From assembly GCA_963845895.1 (NCBI GenBank), contig CAWJTN010000001.1:747063-811062 (forward strand): DNA of 64,000 nt, written 5' to 3'. The notes under the pieces were generated by a model. The model searched no databases, was not told where the DNA came from, and worked only from the letters and a program-made list of their open reading frames with translations. The stretch is from Candidatus Roizmanbacteria bacterium (GTDB taxonomy: Bacteria; Patescibacteriota; Microgenomatia; UBA1406; GWC2-37-13). The position numbers and the translations under genes are program-made. This document shows positions 17,416 through 33,928 of this stretch, piece by piece (within the stretch, counting starts at the first letter, position 1; each line of letters starts with the position of its first letter).

Positions 17416-17856
17416 TTATAAAAACTTGTCTAACTTAAGAAAATCGAACATTTCTTTTGATATCCTCTCATCATCTATTCTTCTCATTATTTCACGACTA
17501 TGTGATTGGGATAAAATATTTAAACTTCCTTCATAAAGAATTCTTCGATCAAGTATTGCCAGTTTCCGGTGGTGATTACCAAGACAGAGCAAAACTTGGA
17601 TTCCAACAGTTTCACACCATCTAATCGCATCTTCTGATTGAGGCTCCATAAACTCATCATGTTCTTTAGGATTGCGGGTAAAGATATAAATTTTTACGTT
17701 TCTTTGAAGTAATTTTTGAAAAATACGATCAAACGTTCCCATCCGTTCACTAGTAATGAATGGAGATTCAATGATTACTTCACTTTGGCAGTGGTCCACA
17801 TCATGCAAGAACGTTTGATAAAACGTCTTTTCATCAAATAAAGAGGACTTATCCAT
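17416..17856 (-). CDS. Phospholipase-D-superfamily (Nuc-like) nuclease
   Basis: NHHRKLAILDRRILYEGSLNILSQ is an HxK(x)4D(x)6GSxN motif. The ~146-aa single-domain size matches Nuc. SD GAGGAGG precedes ATG 17856. Confidence 0.75.
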   Translation of the reverse strand: MDKSSLFDEKTFYQTFLHDVDHCQSEVIIESPFITSERMGTFDRIFQKLLQRNVKIYIFTRNPKEHDEFMEPQSEDAIRWCETVGIQVLLCLGNHHRKLAILDRRILYEGSLNILSQSHSREIMRRIDDERISKEMFDFLKLDKFL

Positions 17857-18126
17857 TGTAGTCCTCCTCGCTGCTTTCAATTATGCCAACTTTTCCATTA
17901 TAATAGGTGAAGCCGAGCTTAGTGAGTTTGTGGTAGGTGAGGATTAAAGAGTCAAATATTGTTTTCCACCTATCCCCGCTATGGCTCACATAAGCCTTAA
18001 ATCTTCAAGAACGAATCAAATTCTTTCCATAACTGAAGCCAATAATATTCCAGTCCCTTTGAGTGTATTTATTGATAGTAATACCTCTAGTGATGTTAAA
18101 GTGATTGTATTATAATAACAGCCTAA

Positions 18127-18888
18127 ATGGAGAATTTAGAAGTAAAACCAGTAAATATAGAACATTGTTTGGGAAAGGAATTATATCCTTTATTGAAAAA
18201 ACCAATTTCTTACCTTAATTTTCCGTCCTCGATCGGTGTTGGCCATACCCCGTTTTTTGATTGGCTGCAACAATTCCGTAATGCGGTAAAAAGTGTCCAC
18301 GGTTTGAATGAATTCTCTCAGGTATTATATTGGCATGGAGACGAAATATATTCGGGTAAGTTGAACGAATGGTGTGTTAATTCCGCCGAAATTGATCAGA
18401 AAAGTTCAAAATATTCAGGCGATGCTACTATTGCCTACAATCATGATCATGAGGATAAAAATACATTCAGTTTTATTGACGTTTACCGCATGTTGGTTAA
18501 CGGCATTTTGGTGACATTGGCAACGGCAAAAACCGGCTACCACATGAGTATTTTAAGTAACGAAGGTATGCAGTCATCCGCTGTTAAGCTGTATAAAGCA
18601 CAAGCCCCATGCACTTCATATGATGGAGAGCGTATGATGGCTCCAATATGGAAACAATTAATGGTGCAATTCGGCAAGAAAATAGATCCCTATATTGATA
18701 AACATTATTGGTATGGAAAACACCCTTATCCTGAAGACGCAAACGAGGCCGGTAAATCTTTGCTGGAATCAATGATGGGTATAAAATTTCTTAAATTAAC
18801 TCAGTTACCTTTATATTTTTGTCGATATGGCGAAGATGAATTTCATTTGGTTACCGATATCGGACAAATATATACTGATTTACAGTAA
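18127..18888 (+). CDS. Hypothetical protein (253 aa)
   Basis: Long unopposed ORF. No motif recognised. Confidence 0.5.
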   Translation: MENLEVKPVNIEHCLGKELYPLLKKPISYLNFPSSIGVGHTPFFDWLQQFRNAVKSVHGLNEFSQVLYWHGDEIYSGKLNEWCVNSAEIDQKSSKYSGDATIAYNHDHEDKNTFSFIDVYRMLVNGILVTLATAKTGYHMSILSNEGMQSSAVKLYKAQAPCTSYDGERMMAPIWKQLMVQFGKKIDPYIDKHYWYGKHPYPEDANEAGKSLLESMMGIKFLKLTQLPLYFCRYGEDEFHLVTDIGQIYTDLQ

Positions 18889-19199
18889 TAGTCAATAACT
18901 TGGAATCATAGATTAAACTGAAATTGATAGTTGCCTAAAAGTCTGATAAACCCGATACATGTAAGCTTCCAAAGAGTTCCATTCTGAGAGTAGGGGGCTC
19001 ACTCGACTAATTTGGCTTCTACGTAAGCTGCTATAATATAGCTATACCCTTTTGCTTTCAAATTACAAGGTATAATACCTAACGGAGCTTTGATTTTAAG
19101 TGATGGTTTAGACTATATTATTAATATGAACTTTCATTTGAAAGCTACGGTAGGTATATACCGCTTTTTCGTAAAATCAAAGCAGAGTGGTATACAAAT

Positions 19200-19655
19200 A
19201 TGAACTCGAAGGTCATTTCCAAATATATTATTCTTTACGAATCCCTAACGGGCGGGATAGAGTTATTGCTTGGTTTGGGAATGTTTGTCTTCGGTCAAAA
19301 AATATATCTTTTATACCAACATTTAAAAAATCTTGGCTTTGTGGTTAATTCTCACGGCATATTAGCGATTTTTGTAAGAGGATTGTTACCATTCGTTGTC
19401 CAATATCGAGTTGCGATAGGTTTATTTTTACTGGCGTCCGGTTTAGTTAAAATCATAGGCTCTGTAGGAATTTTCTTCAAAAAAAAGTGGGGAGGCTATA
19501 TTTTAATTATTTCGCTTCTAATTTTGGCACCTTTTGATATTGTCGCAATAATAAGAAGGCCAACTGCGATAAAATTAGTCTACTTAATTATAAATATCAG
19601 CATAATAATCTATCTTTTACCCAAAAAGATTAAAAAGGAATTTGGTAAAATTTGA
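19200..19655 (+). CDS. Small integral membrane protein (possibly DUF2127-like)
   Basis: Four hydrophobic helices. The family guess is from memory only. Confidence 0.55.
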   Translation: MNSKVISKYIILYESLTGGIELLLGLGMFVFGQKIYLLYQHLKNLGFVVNSHGILAIFVRGLLPFVVQYRVAIGLFLLASGLVKIIGSVGIFFKKKWGGYILIISLLILAPFDIVAIIRRPTAIKLVYLIINISIIIYLLPKKIKKEFGKI

Positions 19656-19657
19656 AG

Positions 19658-21037
19658 ATGCATCCTCAAAATTTTACTCTAAAAAACGGTCTTCGGGTAA
19701 TTCTAATAGATACTAAAGCCTTTCCAACAATGACTACGATACTTCTTATTGGGGCAGGATCCAGATATGAGAATGAAAAAAACAATGGGGTTGCCCACTT
19801 TTTTGAACATATGGCCTTTAAGGGTTCGAAAAAATATCCTAACTTTTTTATAATCTCTTCCATACTGGAAGGGATGGGAGCTTATCATAACGCCTTTACC
19901 TCAAAAGATCATACAGGTTACTGGGTAAAGGCCCCGACAGTTCACTTCGAAAAAATAATAGATGTTCTATCTGATATGGTTTTAAACCCTTTACTTAAGC
20001 AAGAAGAGATTGAAAAAGAAAGAAATGTGATTGTTGAAGAGATGAATATGCGTGAAGATAATCCGCAAGGAAGGGTTGGCGAGTACTTTGAGGAGTTACT
20101 TTATAAAGGTAATCCTTTAGGCTTCGATGTTATAGGTTCAAAAGAAACTGTTGCAGGCTTTAAGAGACAAACCTTTGTTGACTATATGAATAGTCTTTAT
20201 AACCCGAAAAATGCGGTTTTAGTTGTTGCCGGCGGATTAGCTGATGCTGATAAAGCTCGTTACCGTGTTTCTCACTTTAATAGGAACACCCCTTCAAAAA
20301 TCATCGGCTCCTTAAAAAGTTCGAAACAGGTATCTTCGCTTTATAATTATTATTTTAAAATCATTGAGAAAAAATTTGCTAATTGGTCTCGTGTAGGGAC
20401 GACTCTTGGGTCGCCCTTTCAGAAGGTCGTCGAAAGACAAAATAAACCCCAGTTATTTATTAAATACAAAAAGACCGAGCAGACACATTTTATTTTAGGT
20501 TTTAGGACTTTTTCTTTTTTTGATCCAAGAAGGTATGCTCTTGCGGTTTTAACTACAATATTGGGCGGCGGTGCTTCTTCAAAATTGTTTATCGAAGTAA
20601 GAGAAAAAAGAGGACTTTGCTACTATATTTATAGCGGACGTGAACTTTATCAAGATGTAGGTTACATCAGTTCCCAGGCAGGCGTTACTAACAACTTAGA
20701 TAAGATAAAAGAGGCCATAACAACAATAATGGTTGAACATAAGAAATTGGCAAAGGGTGAGTTGAACAAAAGCGATCTGTCTCGGGCCAAAGAGATTCTA
20801 AAAGGAAGAACTCTTTTGTCTATGGAAGACTCTTCAAATATTGCGTCTTTTTATGGAACCAAACAGTTGCTTGAGAATAAAATTGAGGGAGTAGGTGAGG
20901 TAATAAAAAAAATCGAGGCTGTAAAAGGAGACGAAGTTGTAGATCTGGCAAAGGAGATATTTAGAGCTGAAAGGTTAAATTTTGCTTTGATTGGGCCTTT
21001 TGAGGAAGAAAACTTTAAGAATATAATTAATTTTTGA
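19658..21037 (+). CDS. M16 (pitrilysin/insulinase) family zinc peptidase
   Basis: GVAHFFEHMAFKGS is an HxxEH zinc motif, and the protein has the two-lobed M16 length. ATG 19658 is preferred over TTG 19652. The gene contains a repeat-derived in-frame insert. Confidence 0.9.
   Translation: MHPQNFTLKNGLRVILIDTKAFPTMTTILLIGAGSRYENEKNNGVAHFFEHMAFKGSKKYPNFFIISSILEGMGAYHNAFTSKDHTGYWVKAPTVHFEKIIDVLSDMVLNPLLKQEEIEKERNVIVEEMNMREDNPQGRVGEYFEELLYKGNPLGFDVIGSKETVAGFKRQTFVDYMNSLYNPKNAVLVVAGGLADADKARYRVSHFNRNTPSKIIGSLKSSKQVSSLYNYYFKIIEKKFANWSRVGTTLGSPFQKVVERQNKPQLFIKYKKTEQTHFILGFRTFSFFDPRRYALAVLTTILGGGASSKLFIEVREKRGLCYYIYSGRELYQDVGYISSQAGVTNNLDKIKEAITTIMVEHKKLAKGELNKSDLSRAKEILKGRTLLSMEDSSNIASFYGTKQLLENKIEGVGEVIKKIEAVKGDEVVDLAKEIFRAERLNFALIGPFEEENFKNIINF
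20261..20342 (+). repeat. In-frame copy of a repeat segment inside the M16 peptidase gene
   Basis: TACCGTGTTTCTCACTTTAATAGGAACACCCC..GGCTCCTTAAAAAGTTCGAAACAGGTATCTTCGCTTT aligns with intergenic 21105-21178. Confidence 0.6.
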
Positions 21038-21039
21038 TA

Positions 21040-21216
21040 GGTGGCGAGAAGAAAGGGATCCCTTTCAGGGTGAACCCGACAGCGCGCATGAAGGGAAAGT
21101 TTGATACCGTTTTTCTCGCTTAATAGGAACACCCCCTATTCGGGCTCCTTAAAAGCTCGAAAAAGGTATCTGCTCTTTCCTGAAGAGCACTGGCGGGAAT
21201 GAATTCGAGGCAGAAT
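21040..21216 (-). repeat. GC-rich palindromic element, long form (inner element with expanded loop)
   Basis: The reverse complement starts ATTCTG..TCCCGCCAGTGCTC and ends GCGCGCTGTCGGG..CCACC, like 22061-22135. About 100 extra nt lie between the stem arms. Confidence 0.6.
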
Positions 21217-21235
21217 CTATCAAAAATTTAAAATT

Positions 21236-22021
21236 ATGCTTTATATATTTTTATTTATCTTAGGTTTAGCAATAGGTTCATTTCTTAACGTTTTAATCGA
21301 TCGTTTGCCAAAAGAAGAATCGATTACCGGACGTTCGCACTGTGACTATTGTAAAAAAAAACTGACGTGGTTGGATCTTATCCCCATCTTATCTTTCCTT
21401 TACCTGGGAGGTAGATGTCGCTATTGCGGAAAAAAATTATCTTACTTTTACCCATTTGTTGAGTTAGTTACAGGTATTTCGTTTGTTCTAATTGGGTTAT
21501 ATCTTGGGAACAAGGGAAGTATAGAAAATCAAGCTCTTCAACTTGTTGCACTGCTTGGGATAGTTTCTTGTTCTATTGTTGTTTTCTTTTCAGATTTTAA
21601 ATATCAGATTATCCCAGACAGCATTCAGATAGGATTGTTTATTTTTTCGGCGATTGAGAAAATAACGGTTATAAAAGTTATAACAGTTATAAATGTTATA
21701 GAGGTCCTCAAAGAAGGTCTCAGTGGGGGACTAGTCGTCATGTTACCGATCCTTTTGCTTTTTTTAGTTACAAAGACTAAGGGTATGGGTTTTGGTGATG
21801 TCAAACTTGCCTTTACGATAGGATTTTTATTGGGATTCTTAAATGGTTTTGCGGCTTTATACATTGGATTTATTATTGGGGCTGTAGTTGGACTATGTCT
21901 TATTTTACTTGGAAGGAAAAAGATGAAAAGCAAAATTGCGTTCGGACCTTTTCTGGTTTTAGGCCTATTAATTATGCTAATCTGGGGAGATCAGGTGTTT
22001 TCTCTAATTGATAAAATTTAA
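21236..22021 (+). CDS. Prepilin peptidase (A24 family, PilD/ComC-type)
   Basis: GSFLNVLIDRLP..GRSHCDYCKKKL..DLIPILSF..GRCRYCGKKL and GFGDVKL motifs. Confidence 0.9.
   Translation: MLYIFLFILGLAIGSFLNVLIDRLPKEESITGRSHCDYCKKKLTWLDLIPILSFLYLGGRCRYCGKKLSYFYPFVELVTGISFVLIGLYLGNKGSIENQALQLVALLGIVSCSIVVFFSDFKYQIIPDSIQIGLFIFSAIEKITVIKVITVINVIEVLKEGLSGGLVVMLPILLLFLVTKTKGMGFGDVKLAFTIGFLLGFLNGFAALYIGFIIGAVVGLCLILLGRKKMKSKIAFGPFLVLGLLIMLIWGDQVFSLIDKI
21668..21703 (+). repeat. 4 x 9-nt in-frame tandem repeat (GTTATAANN)
   Basis: gttataaaa gttataaca gttataaat gttatagag encodes VIK VIT VIN VIE. Confidence 0.8.
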
Positions 22022-22031
22022 CCCTTCTAGA

Positions 22032-22163
22032 GGTTATTTCAAAACCTCTGATCTTGTCAGATTCTGTTGCGATTTTCCCTCCCGCCAGTGCTCACTTCGT
22101 TGCGCGCTGTCGGGATCCCTTCTAATCGCACCACCTGTCATTAATAGAAGTAGGTTTTGAAAT
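22032..22163 (+). repeat. Nested palindromic element: outer element with 12-nt terminal inverted repeats, enclosing the 75-nt GC-rich inner element (22061-22135)
   Basis: ATTTCAAAACCT (22036-22047) is the reverse complement of AGGTTTTGAAAT (22152-22163). The same ends recur at 45224-45306. Confidence 0.65.
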
Positions 22164-22481
22164 TAGTTCTAGTTTTTACTACAGGTTAATAACAGAAAAG
22201 TAAAATTCTAAATCTTCCCAAAAGTTTGGGGCTTCTTTTAGGAAAAAATTAACCAATATTTAACGGACTTCTATATAAGGCCTTTTTATTTAAGGCTTAA
22301 GAGCAATATATTTAACCTGCCTATAATTTACCCCTTGACAAATATGGGATAACCTATCTATAAATAGATATAGACTATATTACAGTTATATATATTGGTA
22401 AGAACTTGTAAATTTATTAGTAAATACTGTTAAAAATTTGTAAAAATGGGTTTTAGGGGAGCCCAAATATGAAAAATCCCA

Positions 22482-24401
22482 ATGAGTCAGACATATACGG
22501 TTAAAGAGGTCGCAGAGATGCTGGAATACTCGACAAACAGCATCTACTCTTTCTTAAAGGAGGGAAGGATTAAAGGGATTAGGGTAGGAAAGGGAAGATT
22601 TAGAATTTCTCAAGAAGAGATTGATCGTTTGCTTCAAACCAATAAGATTAAAGAAGAACCTCTATCTGTCGATTCACCTAGAGGAAATTATTTAAACCAA
22701 TCAGTCAATTCTTTAGCTGTGGATCTACCGGTTGAGGAAGTTTCCAGTTCTCTGCCCAAACTTAAAAAAACGGTTGAGCAGGTTAAGGTTAAAGTGCCAA
22801 GTCTTTTTGATTGGTTTATAGGTTTAGGCTCAATCATTTTTGGCATTACCGCGATTTTATTTGTAGGTCACACCAATGAATTAGGAATAAAAGATTATAC
22901 CTCTTTTATATTTCCTATCAAAATAACGATGATAGTTGGAGGTGTAGGTATCCTTTTAGCAGACATCATAGGGAAAGCTGGTATAAGGTGGCATAAGATT
23001 TTTTTCTTCATACTTGGGCTTGCTTACTGCAGTTTTACAGCTATCTATATTTCAGGTGGAGACCTTGAAGGAGCGGCTCTTTTTGGATTGACAACCTTGG
23101 TTATGTTTCTTCATATCATCTGGGAAATAGAAACTATAGCCAGCTTCATTTTATATGTTGGAGGGATTATTCTACTCATTCCTTTTGCTATTCTTATAAA
23201 ACCGTCCATATCCTTAGGTTTTCAACCAGCTTTACTAACATATTTTTCTCCACAAATGAATATGGTCATTTGGGGAGTTCTTTCAGCGATCGTTGCGCTC
23301 GTTTTAAGCTTAAGTTACACGAGATCCAACTTTGTTTTTAAGTTTGCCGTAATTCTAGTTACAGTTGACCTAGCGGTTTTATCTTATCTTTATGGTATTA
23401 ATCTTTTTTGGGGAAGATCTCTTTTTTTTCTTTTAGCAGCTTTACTCTGCATGTTTATCCCTCTCTGGCGGACTTTTCATTTCTTGAACAAATCAGATCG
23501 AAGGATAATTTTTGCCACTTTTGGAGCTATTTTTTTAATTTTTATTTTAATAATTTCTGTTTTATTGGTAATTCAGATAAATCTGAAGGTTTATGTTGGT
23601 TCGGAGTTAATTGATAAAACTAATTATGGTAAGAGTTTTCTAGATTCAGTGCTGACCACATCACAAGCAACTTTAGACAATCTTGATCAAAATCCTTTAC
23701 TTCAAGAGGCAATTGTTAAAAAAGATTCTAATACTTTCGATGATTTGGCAAGAGCGATCTTAGATGCAACTCCAAACTTTAGACGAATAGTAGTTTTTTC
23801 CTCAAATGGCGATAGTCTATTTATCTATCCTCATGGAGTCTTGACAGAGCCAAATATTTCTTTCCGTGACTACTTTAAAAAAGCAGTTACAGAAAAACAG
23901 AGCAACATTACGGATTCGTTTGAAACTAGGATAGATGGAGTGACAAGGAGCGTGGTTGCAGTTGCAACACCAATTCTGGATAGTAAAAATGATGTTGTTG
24001 GAGTTCTGGTAGGTTCACTGGATTTAGATTCGATCGGAAACAGAATTGGGAAAATGGCAAACGAAAGTAAAAAAGAATATTTTACGATCGTTGATCGAAC
24101 CGGGAAAGTCCTAATGGAATCTAACCAAAAATTAGTAAGCACGCAGTGGCCGCTTTATTCTTCAACAGTTGCAAAGAGATCGAGTGGTGAATTAGTAAGT
24201 CAGGATCCAAGTCCAAATGGCGATATTATTATTCACGCATACAGCGTTTTGGACAAAAATGGCTGGGGAGTTGATGTTGCTCAACCACTATCAGCTGCCT
24301 TAAGTATCACTGATAATGGAGCTTTTGTAGTTATTTCCTTAGTTCTTTTTTCTGGTCTAACCATAATTCAGTTTTTATCTTTTTTAAAGAAGCGTGATTA
24401 G
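22482..24401 (+). CDS. Membrane protein: N-terminal excisionase/MerR-type HTH, ~9 TM helices, extracytoplasmic Cache-like sensor domain, C-terminal TM
   Basis: YTVKEVAEMLEYSTNSIYSFLKEGRIKGIRVGKGRFRISQEEIDRLL is an HTH_17-like pattern. FRDYFKKAV..VVAVATPILDSKNDVVGVLVGSLDLDSI is Cache-like. Confidence 0.7.
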   Translation: MSQTYTVKEVAEMLEYSTNSIYSFLKEGRIKGIRVGKGRFRISQEEIDRLLQTNKIKEEPLSVDSPRGNYLNQSVNSLAVDLPVEEVSSSLPKLKKTVEQVKVKVPSLFDWFIGLGSIIFGITAILFVGHTNELGIKDYTSFIFPIKITMIVGGVGILLADIIGKAGIRWHKIFFFILGLAYCSFTAIYISGGDLEGAALFGLTTLVMFLHIIWEIETIASFILYVGGIILLIPFAILIKPSISLGFQPALLTYFSPQMNMVIWGVLSAIVALVLSLSYTRSNFVFKFAVILVTVDLAVLSYLYGINLFWGRSLFFLLAALLCMFIPLWRTFHFLNKSDRRIIFATFGAIFLIFILIISVLLVIQINLKVYVGSELIDKTNYGKSFLDSVLTTSQATLDNLDQNPLLQEAIVKKDSNTFDDLARAILDATPNFRRIVVFSSNGDSLFIYPHGVLTEPNISFRDYFKKAVTEKQSNITDSFETRIDGVTRSVVAVATPILDSKNDVVGVLVGSLDLDSIGNRIGKMANESKKEYFTIVDRTGKVLMESNQKLVSTQWPLYSSTVAKRSSGELVSQDPSPNGDIIIHAYSVLDKNGWGVDVAQPLSAALSITDNGAFVVISLVLFSGLTIIQFLSFLKKRD

Positions 24402-24405
24402 CCAA

Positions 24406-24480
24406 TTTTACAAGTTTTTACAAGTTTGTAACAACGATTGAAGATTATTTGAGGCTATTTTTATATTAATTTACAAGTAA
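24406..24480 (+). promoter_or_regulatory. Upstream region of the collagen-like gene with three TTTACAAGT direct repeats and a candidate promoter
   Basis: TTTTACAAGT occurs twice in tandem (24406-24425). TTGAAG-N17-TTATAT lies at 24438-24466. ATTTACAAGTAA at 24469-24480 abuts the ATG. Confidence 0.4.
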
Positions 24481-32295
<7,815 letters not shown>

Positions 32296-32297
32296 CT

Positions 32298-33926
32298 TCA
32301 TTTTGTTAGTTCAACCTTGACAAAAGTAAGATCATAAGGATATTTCTTGTTTAATTTTACAGGTTTAAAGTCAAACAGTTTATTTACGGTTTCGCACTCC
32401 TGAGGAAATTGTTTACATTCAGGCGGAGGAGGAAGTGAGTAGACAGGAATACCTTTTTTTAAAGAATTGACTACAAAGTCTTGGGTAGTTTTATCATTTA
32501 AAAAAGTAGATAAAAAAGTAGTAGATCGATCTTTCATGAGAGTATAGGCCGTAATATTGTTTATAATGATCGAGTTTGAAGGTGTGTTGGGGATAATATA
32601 GTTGGCTAAAAAGTCGTGATTGACCACCGGTACAATCTCAACTAAATTGAAGTAGGCTGAGGTCGAGATCATCGATCTATATTTAATTATTGTTGGTATT
32701 AGAGTTAAAAAAATTAATATGAGTAATAATCTATAGGGCCACTTCTTTTTCTGGACCACTTCTTTTAAGGACATACCGGAAAGAATTAACAGAGGAGGAA
32801 TAAGAATTAAAAAAAATCTCCCGTAGGATCCTGAGAATTCCAAAGTAAAAAACATACCAGCATAGTATGAAGAGTAGACTATAAAAAAAACAACAAGCCA
32901 GATAGCTAAAAGTAAGATCTTTCTATTTTCCATTTTGACCAGAGAAATGAGTGCAAGAAGAGAAATAAAGAAAGGAAACTCTCTCCTATTAAATAAGTTA
33001 AAAATATTTGGTAACAGATTCCTGATAAAATAACTTGGATAAAATGCTTCAAGTGGAAGGGCCTCTGCGCAGCACCATTGTTTACCAATTACAGAAATTG
33101 AAGCTAGAGCTCGAACCGAAATTGATATTAGAAGAATAAAGCCGAAAATAAAATCTAGTCGATTCAATTTTATTCGGAAGTTTCCTGGTTTTTTATTTTC
33201 GTTTCGAAGCGAAATGAAAATTAAGCCAAAGATTGGTAGAAATAAAAAAGCCTCGAGTCTGACACAGAGGAGCAAAAAAATAGAGGAGATAAGTAAGATA
33301 CCACTTTTAACGTCCGGATGTTTTGCATACCAGCAGGTTGCCACGACGGCTAAAAGAGCAAATGTGAGGAAGTAAGAATCAAGTCCTAGAGAGGTAGCAA
33401 AGAAAACAGGAGTGGGCAAAAAGGCCATACCGAAAGCAGAAAATAGGGCGATAAAATAATCTTGAAAAAAAAGCCAACAGAAGATAAAGATAAAAACTAT
33501 CTGAAGACTGCTTATAAGCTTTGCAGCGACAAAAAGATTATACTCATTGTAGCCGAAGAGTTTGAAATTCCAGGCATTAATTATAGGAACAGTTAACCTA
33601 ACCGTTTGATCGGGAAATCCCTCAATCAATTTCTTGCTTGTAGCCGTCAAGATAGACTTGGCTTCACCGAAGCGGGCAAAGGTGACAGAATAGGTCAGGT
33701 ATCTGTCTTCGTCATAATAGATTCGATGGGTAAATGGAGTCCAGAAATATCTTACAAGCACTCCTGCAAGGATGAAAGCTGCGAGTAACAGCGTGACTCG
33801 TTTAGGAAGTTTAAAAAAGGAAAAAATTAGTTGCGGAAGTATTAATAAAGATACGAGGATAGTTATGATCAGGGCAATGGTTATAAGCCAAGGCAAAAAA
33901 ACGGCCAAAAAATATTCGGCAGACAT
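32298..33926 (-). CDS. GT-C-like polytopic membrane glycosyltransferase (ArnT/PMT-like)
   Basis: More than 10 TM helices. The first loop, RIYYDEDRYLTY, resembles the DExRY loop of ArnT-type enzymes. Confidence 0.6.
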   Translation of the reverse strand: MSAEYFLAVFLPWLITIALIITILVSLLILPQLIFSFFKLPKRVTLLLAAFILAGVLVRYFWTPFTHRIYYDEDRYLTYSVTFARFGEAKSILTATSKKLIEGFPDQTVRLTVPIINAWNFKLFGYNEYNLFVAAKLISSLQIVFIFIFCWLFFQDYFIALFSAFGMAFLPTPVFFATSLGLDSYFLTFALLAVVATCWYAKHPDVKSGILLISSIFLLLCVRLEAFLFLPIFGLIFISLRNENKKPGNFRIKLNRLDFIFGFILLISISVRALASISVIGKQWCCAEALPLEAFYPSYFIRNLLPNIFNLFNRREFPFFISLLALISLVKMENRKILLLAIWLVVFFIVYSSYYAGMFFTLEFSGSYGRFFLILIPPLLILSGMSLKEVVQKKKWPYRLLLILIFLTLIPTIIKYRSMISTSAYFNLVEIVPVVNHDFLANYIIPNTPSNSIIINNITAYTLMKDRSTTFLSTFLNDKTTQDFVVNSLKKGIPVYSLPPPPECKQFPQECETVNKLFDFKPVKLNKKYPYDLTFVKVELTK

Positions 33927-33928
33927 AT

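Noticed and set aside
17252-17536. 94-aa plus-strand ORF between the XRE gene and the PLD-like gene.
   Set aside because: It overlaps the well-supported PLD-like gene and the co-oriented 59-aa ORF on the other strand. Its hydrophobic low-complexity product is typical of antisense AT-rich sequence.
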